From Podarcis liolepis (lineage: Eukaryota): a stretch of 64,000 nt of DNA. Made by a program: the position numbers and the translations under genes. The stretch lies in NCBI GenBank assembly GCA_965112155.1, contig OZ218111.1, one strand, 5' to 3'. This document shows, in pieces, positions 11,531 through 23,860 of the stretch. Below the pieces are notes generated by a model. It made no database searches. It was given only the letters and a program-made list of their open reading frames with translations, and had not been told where the DNA came from. Position 1 is the first letter of the stretch; every line of letters starts with the position of its first letter.

Positions 11531-14166
11531 TACAAAGCCAGAGAGAGAGAGAAAGAGAGACTCTTTTATCCATGAAGCTTTCAAAAGTCTTGCCCATCCC
11601 TTGTTCCACTGTCCAGATCACTTACTGCCACTTCTCTCTTTTTGGTAACCCCAAGGCCTTACTTTTTGGTAACCCCAAGAGTTACTTGCCGGAATGGCCA
11701 CTGAGAAGGGCCTGTCATGGGTCACCACGAACAAGGCAGTCCTGATTAGGTCCAAGTGACCTGATCTCTGGAGCATAAGCAAGGAAGAATCTGATGACAA
11801 AACAAAATCCAGGACACAATGCACCAGGAACGTCTGTGCAGGAGCCGTTGGGGTCTCTGCACAAGCAACATCCCCCTTCTCTTTTGGGTCTATGACTGTG
11901 ACATCAAGCAAGGCATCAATCAGACTTCTCAACACAGTCAGAGGCCCCTTTCAATACTGAGTGGCCAGGCTTCAGAAGCCATTCGCAGTGAAGGGAAAGC
12001 AACGTGGAAGAAAGTGTTAATTTATATATATATATATTAAAAAGAGTCTTTTTTAAAAAGCCATTGTGCCTTTTTTTAATTATTAAAGGGAGGATGGGAG
12101 AAGATACTGTCTTATGAGTAGGACCCGGCACTTCAGGGCAGGTAGTTGGAAAGATATATAACTCTATGTCGTTGTTCCTATAGGCACTCACCCCTTGGCC
12201 TCCGTCTTTATGACTTTACACCCTGGAGTGGTGTTACAGCTTCCGAACACGCACATATATACTGAGGGTTGGAAGTGCGATCTGCAGATGTTTTATTTAT
12301 AAGTGGCAGGCCTATTGCATCACGGAAAACATGCATTTACAAAGAGATACAGGTTTTATGAAACCCCATTCTGTTGGTTTAATAGTCAAGCTACCCAGCC
12401 ATAGAATAATAACAACGCATCAGGTAAATGCATCTCCATCTCTAGAACCTGTTCCAAGTTCTCTCAGATGTGACTAAGTGCAGGAACCTTCCAACCATCA
12501 AAAGTTAATAAAAAAAGAGAGAGCGGCAAATTAAGGCAGCCTCAACCATCACTACCCAGAGACAGAATGGACGGTGTGGGGGGGGAAATACAAAGTTCCT
12601 CCTCACCAAGGTATTTCTGCAATTGCTTAACAGCTCTCTTCAGCAGTAGCAGAAATTACTCACATCCAGTTTTATAAACATGGTCACATATCTGACAAAC
12701 GTGGTGCCCATGCAGAGGAAGAGTTGCAGAGGGAGGTGGCACCTCCAGGGCCTCAACTAGCACAGCGGCATTTTAGACTTTTTCCTTTTCCACACACACT
12801 TCATTCCTGCCGTATTGAAATCTCCTTTGGAGCCTTGTTTCAGGAATGTCCTTGCCTCTGCCACAGGTGAAGCGACAACCCTCCGTTGTTTCAGACGTTT
12901 TGGTGGAGACTCTTCTTTTTGCCCAGATCCTGTTTTATTTGTTAACGAATTTCTGTTTTATTCACTTTTATCTGCTTTGATGTGTTTTTATTTGCTGGTC
13001 CAAGGTTGTGATTTGGCTTTTGTTTTAATTTTTTTTAATGGTGCATTGTTTATTTTTTAGACTGCACACTGCTCAGAGATTTCTAAAACACTAAGCCTTA
13101 TATAAATGTTTTTCAATCAATAAAAGTGATAGAGTACACAGCTGTTTGAGGAATGCAGGCCAAACCCCTGCCCCCCCCACCCCGGTGTTCAATTCTGTGG
13201 CATTCAGTACAATAGTCTAACATACTTCTACAAAAATTCAATAAAGTTTACTTTAAAAATAAATAAATATGTGACTCTTGGCCATGGTTATTTCATTCTG
13301 TTGCGAAAACATAACTCATCTTAGCTTCCTCCCAGTTCTCTACTGGGAAAGTAAATGAACCTATTTGACCTATCAAGAACAAAGGTGATCTATGGGTAAA
13401 AGTGTATTGAAGGGATTTTGTTTGAATAAAATAAAATAAAATAAAAATGTTTCATTATTATACAAAGTTCAGCATGGGCAGAAACAAAGGGCAACTTAGA
13501 AAGGAAAAGACCATTAATGAGATTTGTTGTTTATGATGTTTCTGCTCTTGCCATTGTATTTAGTGAATTGTTATGCACTGATCATGTCAGAGAGCATGAC
13601 TGTAAACCTAAAAGCAAAATACAGGACTTTTAAAAAGGAAAGAAGAAAAAAAAAAGGACAAAGGGCAACCTGTAGAAATGAAGACATTTCTCTTGGCAAT
13701 TTGGTGAGGAAGAACGTCACATCTAATTATGAAAAAGTTCCATAGAAACCCCAAGATCAGCTTCGCAACAGGATTATAGAACCCTGCCAATGTATACTAT
13801 AAGGGTGGATACAAGTTTATAGAAACTACTGTAGAATTCAGTTTTAAAAAGTTTTTTTAAAAAAGAAATAATTCAGTAAATGAAGGAAGAAATCTGAGTA
13901 ATTCCTAATACAGACAGCATCTTGCTTTGATCAAGAGACCTTTCAAACAAAATGTGTCCCATAACCACCATTATGATTCTGAAACCAAGATAGAAGCTTA
14001 TGTGCATTACGCCAACGTCTGCTGGCTGTCAGAGCTGGAAGCAAAATTTAGATTTAATGTTAGTTAACTTATGGAGGAAAAACACCCCCAACAAACTTCT
14101 GCATGTCATAAATCAGCAAAACTTTTCTTGTTTGTGTTGTAATGAGAAGGCTGAAGATTTACTTAC

Positions 14167-14212
14167 CATTAACTCTTCAGGGGCTGGGCGTTCCTTTGGC
14201 TGCTTTCTCATG
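14167..14212 (-). CDS. MAP2K5: MAP2K5 46-nt exon (human exon ~21), (C)MRKQPKERPAPEELM
   Basis: ctgcacag|CATGAGAAAGCAGCCAAAGGAACGCCCAGCCCCTGAAGAGTTAATG|gtaagt; subdomain XI Arg (KERP). Confidence 0.97.
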
Positions 14213-15169
14213 CTGTGCAGCAACAACAAAAAACAGAACCCAGATTCGGTGTGAAAAAGCACTAGTCATTTACTTCATTATCTTAGAATGCTGAAGATTT
14301 ATTTTTTTAAAAGTCTCTTATTACGGATGACCAACAGTTAATGAATAAAACCAACCCCACCCCCACCCTACAGATAGCTTTATGAATGCACTTGAAATGT
14401 CACTGTTTTTCTTTAACTTGACTGCTTCTGCCACCATGAATTAAGGTGGGCACCACCAGGCACTCCACAATGGAGCCCACACTGCAGCCTCTGCTATTTG
14501 CAAGGCTAATTTCAGTGAAGGGAGGGGACACAACTCTTTGGCAACCCCTGGACCAGCCACCCTTTCTCCCAGTTTGCTTGTTGCCGGGGCACTTCACACA
14601 CATTACATTTTTAGGTGCTCACTTAGATCCTCTTAGGCATACACATGTGAAATGTGTAGTGCGAGACAAATAGGTGTTATGCAAGTTTACTCACTAGGGG
14701 CCTGTGATTGGCCAACTCAGGTTTGCTGCTGTGCAATGTGCTACATGCACCTCTACTTCATACAGACATACAGAATTTTATTTGTATGTTGCCTGTCCAT
14801 GGTTCAAACCATGCTCAGGGCAGTTTATAACATGGGAAAAAAATACATAAATACAATGTAACAAAAGCAGTCATAAACAATAAAGAAAGAGTTAAAAAAT
14901 ACACGACCAAACCGAACAATTTCCATATAAACCACAAGATATAAAATAAAGATATAAAAAAACCCCAGCAACAATCCCTGACTCTCAACAAAACCCCCAA
15001 ACACCGCAGTTCAAGAGTTTGTTCAGCAGCCTCAGATTTTGTCTTTGTTATCTCCCCATCCAGATCAAGGAAGCAATGGCAACCAATTTATGTCTCCTCC
15101 CATGTTAGGGTACTTACCACAATAAGTATTTACATACAGGTGGGATATATATAATAAAATTGTTGTTGT

Positions 15170-15390
15170 TGTTATTAAGCTTTTAAAAACAATTTGCACA
15201 TATTAATACTTCAGGAACTCTTACAACAGCCCCGTGGGGCCAATATTATTATCCCTGTTGGAGGAGGGAGATGGCTAGAATAGCACCCTAAGGTGAGCTG
15301 GTGAACCTGTGGTTGCAGTGAGATTTGAACTGGGAGGTTGGAGCCCATCTGGCTTACAGCTCACACTCTTAACCCCTAGGCTACACCAGT
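15170..15390 (-). mobile_element. Old MIR-like SINE
   Basis: cttacaacagccccgtggggccaatattattatccc...gagatttgaactggg...cactcttaacccctaggctacacc. Confidence 0.55.
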
Positions 15391-15429
15391 TTGTGCAAGT
15401 CAACCACTCTTCTAAGAGGTTAAAAAAAG

Positions 15430-15617
15430 AAGCTATAGCTCAGTGATATAGCAAATTTTTCCCATGCAGAAGATCTCAGGTTCAATCCCTGGTAGCTTCT
15501 CCACAGATGGGACAGATCCCTGCCAGAAACCTTGGAGATCTGCTGCAAGGTTGAAAATACTGAGCTAGACTGGAGCAATTGTTCTGACTCAACAGAAAGC
15601 AGCTTGCTATGTGCCTA
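15430..15617 (+). mobile_element. tRNA(Ala)-like-headed squamate SINE (Squam2-like)
   Basis: gctatagctcagtg...catgcagaagatctcaggttcaatccctgg...aatactgagctaga...tctgactca...gcagcttgctatg; related copies at 46461, 47343, 53436, 54583. Confidence 0.7.
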
Positions 15618-17542
15618 AAACATGTAGCATAGCATAGTGTGTGACCTGGGCAGTCCCACCTGCCACAACTTGAGAGCTTGCAGAGAACACAGTGCCCCTT
15701 GGAAGATCTATAGTTGCCCTGTGCAGTTTTAATGGCACCAGGCACTGCTGCTGTGTAATCTTTGTCTGTTTCATAAATACCCATGCAGCACAAGCTCCAA
15801 AGTACTTAAAGGAGGACAAGTCAGCAGCAGGAGCACTTGGTGGATCGCTCCCCTTGTAACTAATAGCCATGCACAGCCCAACGGAGGGTTGCATTCTTGC
15901 AAGCCATTCAAAGCCGCCTTGGCAACCCTCTTAATCTGACATTCCAAAGTAGCTGGATCTCGTGGGAGAACAAGGCTATTATCTGCCATCATTTATGCTT
16001 CAGCCTGACATCTGTGGACATTTCTATAGAGGTTAGCCCTCCTCCTGCCTCAATTAAAAATATATAAAAACGATATGTTTTCAGATTAATCTCTGGGAAG
16101 AGACAGAAAGGTACAGCCCCCTGCACCTCAGTCAGCAAGAGCAGGATAGATCACCCACAATTATGGCTGCAGCGTAAAAACCTAATCTACCCGAAACTGG
16201 ATCAGTCTTATAATAAACATAAGCCTTGTATTTATTATTTCAATTAACTGTAAAGTCACACTGTTAATTCTTCTGTCAGAACATCATCCTTTGGGACACT
16301 CTAGAGAAGGTTCTCTCGCATTAGTGTAAATTCGCATAATCTGAATGTATCCAAATGCCTCTTTGTGTAAGGAGCTGATTCCTGGACACTTCTTTGGTAG
16401 TAAATTTGTGGATGGCAATCAAACTTTTATTTCCAAAGAAAAGGGGATTTAGAACCAAAGAACCTATGGATGTTTTCTGGGAATCAGTTTTGATGGTGAG
16501 TATCCATATATTTTTACACATGGATTCCTATCATAGTAGCTAATGGATGGCCTAATTCTGCGCAGTGTTGAGCATCCTCCTCCATCTCCAGCTTCTGCAA
16601 CATGTCTGAATCCAAGAGTTCTCATAAAAGAGATCACCCATTCAGTTTGCCTAGAAGCTTAGGGGTTGCGCGCTTGCTTTGCACTGTTGAATTATGTCCA
16701 TTGACAGTTTTTGTCCAGAAAGTTCATCTTGACAGGATAAAAAAGGCAATTGTTCTCCATTAAACCCAAATCATTTAGACCAAGCTCAATCTCTCTCTCT
16801 CATCCTTTATCGCCTGCTTATTAAGCTTTCTCTATAAATGAGACATTAAAACATGCCTTCATTGTAATAGGTTGTACTTAGATCTTTAACCTTTTGGTGC
16901 TCAGGAGATTCCTTTTTAAAACTAGATTCCTTTTTTATATTAAAAAAAAACACCCCTAGTTAATTTTAGTGGCCTTCCATTGAATGAGGCAGTTTGTCTG
17001 GAAGAAGCAAAACATGCCCTACGGTGTGGTTTAAAATACGGCCCTTACTGAGAAGAGTACCCTCCCAAAGAAGAACTCCATAAAACCACTTCTAAATGAA
17101 AAGCCCATGAATTAATCAAGTGCATTGTTTACCCCATTTAAAAAGGTTGCCTGCTTTCCTAAGGAATATGAGAATGCCTGAATAATGGAGTTATAAATAT
17201 GATTATCTGTCATCCTTATTTTTCCGAGTGATTTAAAACACAAACACACACACGCACACACCAATTCCTTGAGAATACACCCAAGATCCCCAACCGTTTA
17301 TTAAAACAGGGGTGGGGGGTAAAAACTCTCCCTCTGAAGTGCTTTTATGACCCTTTGTGTAAATAACGTTTACATAATTTAAACAGTTTGCTCAGCTTTG
17401 CTGGCCCAGCTGCCCAAGGCCTGCCAAGTCCCTGGCGTCTCTGGAAGGATGCAGGGAAAGCCATAAGGTCCTGTGGTACTGTGGAGTTAATGGCATGTAT
17501 CATTTACATTGAGGGCACGGCACATTTGCAAACGAAGCTTAC

Positions 17543-17604
17543 CATTGAGTGATGAAGTGTACAAACGGCTCTGAGAACTCCCCAACCGGAAGGACAGGCG
17601 ATTC
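17543..17604 (-). CDS. MAP2K5: MAP2K5 62-nt exon (human exon ~20), ESPVLPVGEFSEPFVHFITQ(C)
   Basis: ttgcag|GAATCGCCT...ACTCAATG|gtaagc; ends in phase 2, and the next exon completes the codon (TG+C = Cys). Confidence 0.97.
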
Positions 17605-17929
17605 CTGCAATTGAGTTTGGATTGGGCAGGTGGGGGCAATGGGGGGAGGCGGGAGAGAAAGGAGGGAGACAACAACAACAACAACATCAGAAAGTGAAAG
17701 TGCAATTTGTTAATTGTATAGTTGATTTCAGATGGAAAGCAAGCAGGGGATGATGTTGATTTCAAATACCAGACTGTGTACATGTGGGGGGAGAGAGGGT
17801 GAAGCCGTGAGAATGTGTCAGAAATCCTGCATTTAGAAGTAATGAGTGTTATACAATGGGTAAGAATATGTAGAAATAAGACCAAGGGGAGGTAAAAAGG
17901 GACAATGATAGCCACGGGGCAGAAAAGAA

Positions 17930-19340
17930 GGTAGGGAAAGTGTAAATGAGAAATTAATGATTATTTAAGTAACACCCAAATGGTCTTGTAATTAACAAAG
18001 AGCTGGGAAATTATTCTTGTGTTGACCTTTGCTTCCTGCATCATAGTTGCTATTTATTTACACTTAGCAATCTCAAATCTTGTTAAGAGTTAAGCAGGAG
18101 AGGCCAGGGGGGTATATGGAGAACTAAATAAAAAAATTAAAAAATAGTAAATTGCAAGTTGAGCCAACGAACAACAAATCTATCAAAACACAAGGCTAAC
18201 AAATGCATTTTAAAAAACTCAAGAAACATCCGTATTATTTTTCAAAGAGGAATATTTCACCAGCAAAATAGGGATTTACAAATTGAGGAGAGTTTCTGCC
18301 ATCTCTCCCCCCCCCCCGCCCCCCAAAAATGACAGAGAGACTTGCCAGTGTTTATAGTGTAACAGCTCAGGATGTAATGAAATTGCACTGCGGAGTACTT
18401 TAACAGTCATCTCATTAGACCTACAGTTGGAACAAGAGAACCACATAAAACAGGAGTCAGCTGCAAATGACTCCGTTCTCATCTATTCTCATTTGCTATT
18501 AAAAATACCTTTCGGCAGCTTTTGCCACCGTTTCCCCCGCCCCCACAACCTCCCCCCACCCCGTCCCTGAGTGCTTTGCAAAGTATGATGCATGCACCTA
18601 TTTAAATTAACAAAGGAATGACTTATTTTAATCTTGCCGTGCTTTGGAGTGCTTTGGCCATTTGCAAGAGTCATATATCATCACATACAACCTTCCAGTG
18701 CTGCAGGCAAGAAACTCAGAGCGTGCAGCATTTGGTGGGAGCCAAACAATTTCTCTCGCACACAACTGTGTCAAATGCATGTGTGGGGTTCATTATGGAG
18801 GGTTGCGAGGGAAATAGCTTTGATGTGGTGCGGGAAGGAGGGGTGGGGGGAATTAAAAAAAAAGAAGAAACAGAAGAAGAGGAGAGGAGATGATGATGAT
18901 GATAAAAGCCAGCTTCACAATACATGCGCGCATATCATTATCAATGGCGGCAGGGAGAAGCGACCACCGAGCTGCTGACGTGATTAGTAAATATACATAT
19001 AATTGCGGCGGCCAATTATCAGAAAAATGAGAGTGGTAATTACAAGACAGAAAATTAACTAGAACTCTTATTAAGGCTTTGTTTCCGATTCAAACAATCG
19101 GAAATTGCAGCAAAATACAATTAAATCAAAAGTAACTGAAGAGTAAAAGGCGACAGCGTTCTGAGGGGCTGCCTTTGACACACACTTTTGAGGATTCTGC
19201 CATGTGGGGAGGGCAACTTTGAACCTGGCAGCTGAATGAGTCACAGAAGGTACAGCTGCCACTTGTATCTCGTGGCTCTTGCTAACACCACCACCAGAAA
19301 GAGGCTTCGCAAAAGAAGCACGTGCAGGTGTCACTTATTC
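17930..19340. promoter_or_regulatory. Candidate conserved regulatory block upstream of the 62-nt exon
   Basis: No transposon recognised; dense TAAT/ATTA, CRE-like tgacgtga, CAGCTG-TGAGTCA-CAGCTG cluster, CpG enrichment. Confidence 0.45.
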
Positions 19341-19944
19341 AGCAAGGATGACAAGCTGTCATAGCGCAGGTCAAGTGTGCAAAGCCCGTTACGTACTTTC
19401 TTTCAGGAATCTTGCTAACAGCCCTGTCAGGTAGAACGATGTCACCGTTCTCACATTGCAGGTGTGTTTGTGGGGTGTGTGTGTCAGGGCTTGGGTCCAG
19501 AGTGGGTATTGGGCTAGAGCCCGAGCCTGGGGGGCGAGTAGGAGTGGTCTTGGCTGAGAATCTGCCTGCGCACCACCGCCCGCTTCTGGCCGAAGGAGGG
19601 AACTGCAAGTCTTTTTGCACCCACAGCGCAGAGGTGTTCCTTGTTAAAGGTGAATGCACCAGGTCAGGCTAACTTTCTGGTCTGGGCTAAGCAACAAGGG
19701 GGAGACCTGTGTTTGCTGACTGCAGACCACTTTGCCAAACCCACGAACCCTGAGAAGGAGAGAGAGCACTGGCTTGGTTTAACTCGGTGAGAGCTTGAGG
19801 CCGAAGCAAGATTTGAACTGCAGACTTTGGGAGAAGTGTGAGTTACGAAAGTGGTGGTTAATAAGAAGGGAGGAGTCTACCACACAAATTAGCCCCTACT
19901 TCCATGAATTTGTCTATCAGTGGCTACTAAGCTTGATGGCTATG

Positions 19945-20114
19945 TTCTACCTCCACTGTCAGAGGCAGTATATTTCTGGAAACCGAAGGAGGGGAGAGTG
20001 CTGTTTCGCTCAGGTCCTGCTTGCTACCTAGTGGGGCATCTGGTTGGCCACTGTGAGAACCGGATGCTGGACTAAATGGGCCTCCTTTGGGTTGCTCTCC
20101 TTACGTTCTTATGT
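19945..20114 (+). mobile_element. CR1-like 3' end fragment (TTCTTATG tail)
   Basis: ggcatctggttggccactgtgagaaccggatgctggactaaatggg...ttacgttcttatgtt. Confidence 0.65.
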
Positions 20115-21045
20115 TAAGGTCCGCCAAAAGCCCCACACCAGCTCTCCATGATATACCAGTTTGCTTCCTTTCTTATTTTACCCAGCCTCAACTTTGAGAG
20201 GCTGATCCTGGGGGCAGCCCAAGTTACGGCATTAAAAAAAGAGAAAGGGAGTAGAAGAAAAGAGAGAGAAGGAAAACCAACCCAAGCGCTTTGTATATCT
20301 CCAGTTTTGAGTACAGAGAAGGGCAATGTGTGCGTGGAGGGGGAGAGGGATGTTTTGAGTGATGCCTTTGCCTTGTGAATAATGAACAGTTCAGGAAGGT
20401 CAACCCATTACAACAGAAGCTGTTTAATTATTAATTATGCCCAATCTATGAGCAAAAGGACAAGTTCAGAATGTTTAATATGTGGTAAACCCCAAACAGG
20501 CCCTCACTTGGCATTTTGCTATTAGCACTCGTCAGCAAGGAGCTCAAGCATAACAAGGAAAGCACAGCAGCAGAAAATCTGAGCAAGGTGTTGGGGTGGG
20601 GTGGGGAGGGAGGGAGGTAGCTGAACTTTAAACTCACTCCCTAGTATTTAATTTGTGGAAGTGACAGCACTCCAGGTGCAGAGCTCAACTCTTTGACCAA
20701 AGGGGGTGGAATCTGCATCCCCCCCCCTCTATTTGACCAGAGTGGCAGAATTTTTAGGGGCACTTCAAGATCCTTTGCAATACTGCAGAACTGAGTAGGA
20801 TCCAAGTTATTCCCCAGAATCCTCTGATTCTTTCACTTAATGCCTTTGATCACACAAACACACAGCTGATTAGTAACTTTCCTATATCCAAGGCCTGCGG
20901 GGTTGTTTCTGTTTCTGGCAATTCTTCCTCTATTTCTCAACTTCACAGGCTGAGTGTCAACACATAGGCAGCCAAAATGGCAGAACCACAACCCCAAGCG
21001 TAGAAGGGAGGTATCAACATGTCTGGAGGCATTCTGGGTGTTTTA

Positions 21046-21130
21046 CGGAATTGCAGAATTGTAGAGTTGGAAGGGACCATGAGGGTCATTTAGTCCAACC
21101 TCCTGCAATGCAGGAATCTTTTGCCTAACA
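21046..21130 (-). mobile_element. CR1-type 3' tail fragment (SINE or LINE)
   Basis: agaattgtagagttggaagggacc...tagtccaacctcctgcaatgcagga; matches the tail of the SINE at 34531. Confidence 0.7.
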
Positions 21131-22373
21131 TGGCAGTATAATTGCATATTTTAAAACCCAGAACAGGGTTCAATAAATCCAAAACTGCAGCAACAAAAAT
21201 GAAAAGTGTACATGAGGTTGTTTGTCATCATTCAGTTCTGCGTGCAGCCCCTCTGCTCGAGGAGGGATGCCTGAGAGCCCTTAGAGGTGTGGATCAGGCC
21301 ATCTGAGCCTTCAAAAGGTGCCCAGAGAAGGTAAGCCTCCCGGACTGAGAGGGACAATTGTGCCTGTGATCCAAGAGTTATTCCCCAGCATCCTTTGATC
21401 TTTTCCCTTAACACCTTTGATCACACGCAAACACACAGCTGCTCAGCAAGTTCTCCATACTAACAGGCTGCATGTTACCTCCAGTATATAATAATATACA
21501 AATCATTAAAATTTATTAGGAAGGTGCAGGATTAAAATGATCAAGCTCTATTGAGAAACAAGTAAAAAATGCAATTACACATCACCTGTGAACTACAGCA
21601 GGGATCAGCACCTGAGCCCCCCAGGGCCAAATCTAACCCCTGAAGACCTTTCCTAGTGGCAAGAAAGGGGTGCAGGAGACATGCTGAGGAAATGGGCACC
21701 ATTCTCCTCAAAGCAGCCCTCCAGTAAAACTAGCTGCTAAGACAGAACTTACGAAGCTTTCCCCCAATTTCTATTTGTGGCTGAATGTTAATAATTGTAG
21801 GATGGGGATCTCTGAAAGATTTGGGTCACCTCCAGGCAACCTGTTTACTGAGCATTCTTCCTGATTTGCTGGCACAAGGTCTGCAGGTGGTGTCAGCTAT
21901 TTCATGAGCATCCACTCATTTGTTTGCGAGGAGGTTATAAGACATTGCAACAAGGGGTTGTTACCCCACACTTTCCACTGCACTTTCACCTTCCTTACTG
22001 CAAAAGCTTCAATTTTGGGGAGGGCAGGTTTGTTGCACAAGAGCACCCAAATCAACTTTAATTGCACATCCTGAGCTTACCAGTAAGCACCTGAATCCTA
22101 GGTCAGTGCCCTTGGTTTCCAGAAGAGTGAGCGGTGCTGTCCACAAAGTACTGCCACAGCGACACATGATATGAGGCTGCAGCCTCAAAAGTCTTTGTGG
22201 ACTGAGTTTTCCTGTGATTGCGGCTTGAAAAGTGGCTGCTCTGGTAGGTTTCAAAGTTTCCTGCCTTCGATGAGCTCTTTCTGAATCAACTTGTCTACTA
22301 TGGGACCTTGCATCCTTCAGCATGGTACAGATTGTCTATTTCTATGCTTTTATAGTTTGAACTCCCCTAGTGA

Positions 22374-22565
22374 AAGAATCATAGAATTGTGAAGTTGGAA
22401 GGAACCCCAAGGGTCATCTAGTCCAACCCCCTGAAACACAGGAATCACATCTAAAGAACCCCTGATAGATGGCTATCCAACCTCTGCTTAAAAAACCTCC
22501 AACACCCTCTGAGGTGGTATGTTCTACCGTCAAACAGCTCTTACGGTCAGAATGTTCTTCCTAAT
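22374..22565 (-). mobile_element. CR1 LINE 3' fragment
   Basis: agaatcatagaattgt..gttggaagg..tcatctagtccaaccc...atccaacctctgcttaaaaa...gttcttcctaatg. Confidence 0.75.
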
Positions 22566-23860
22566 GGGATAGAAATATTGAAAAATAAACATTTTCTTCA
22601 TGCGAGGCACTGAACAGGCCTGTTGGGGCACACCTGTTGCCCTGTGTGGGTTGTGCACGTGCTCTGGGAGCACACCTAACATGCCCCTGTGCCAACTGTA
22701 CACAGAAGGGGGAAGATCAGCAAGATTGTGTCCCATTAGTGAACTTCTCATGGAAGAACCACCAAAAAGTTTCCAAGGGAACCTGAGGCTCTCTGGAACG
22801 CAGCTTGGAAATCACTTGTCTAAGCTAATCTATTAACAGTGGCTGCAACTGCTGTCTTTTCTACAACCAAAGGATTCGGTTCTTGTCATTGTGCCATTCT
22901 TGCTGCAGCAAAGATGGAAATGTTTTAGTGTGCATTCCCTCTCTTGCAGTTTCAAACAGCAAAAGACACAGAGATATGTGCAAAGCGTTCAGTGGCCGCG
23001 TCCACCAAAGGGACCTTCCCTCAAAGAACTGAGCCCATTTATTGTTCGCTTCCACCCCTCCGTAAATGCCCCATGCAGCCTTATTGCTTTTTCATAAAAC
23101 ACTGCCGCAAATAATCAAGCATGACCATTGACACCCGCAAGATTGAGTTTTTAGGAACCATTAAATGAGTTCGGCCTCTTGGGAAGGTTTGTTTCTCAGG
23201 TTGGCCTAAAGGTAATTATTCAGCTATTCCTACCTGTAGTTTTACCTTGTTCTCATCTAGCCTTTGAATCATGCACATGGGTAAGGTCACAATTTCTGGC
23301 TCCAGTAAAGAGAACAGCAGAAAACATTTGGGCCGGAGCGGAAGCAGTGATGGATAGATACATTCTGACACTTGACTCTCCTCTGTACGCACACATTTAA
23401 CATCCGAGAGATGGAGGCATACATGGAACTCTGCATGGCACTCTCTCCCTCGCTTTGTTTCTTAAAAAGTTAATGCAGTTGTTGAAAACACACCGTAGAA
23501 ATGTTGAAGTGGTGATTTTAAACGAAATAGTCAGAAATAAGCCAGGGGGCTTATTGCTATTTCTAATTTAATTGATCCAGAGTATTAGACAGTGATCTTG
23601 AGACCTGTTTTGTTGCTGTTCCTCTACTAGATCCCTTTTTTGTCAGCTTATCCATTTTTATCGTTTGCAAAACAACCTGAAATGCCTGCCAGAAGGAGTA
23701 GCAGCAAAGGATCAAGGCTACACAAAACAGCCCTCCGACATCAAGTCCAAGTCTACCAAGATGCGTATCTTGCCTCCTCAAGAGCCAGATCCTGGAACAG
23801 CAGAGACCAGCGCAGATGAGCATGGCTGCTGGTTCGGATCAAGCAGACTTTGCCAACCTA

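Noticed and set aside
1-14166. MAP2K5 terminal exon (GHPFIVQFNDGN...) or SKOR1 exons
   Set aside because: No matching coding sequence was found by eye; presumably left of the window, though the 204-N gap cannot be excluded
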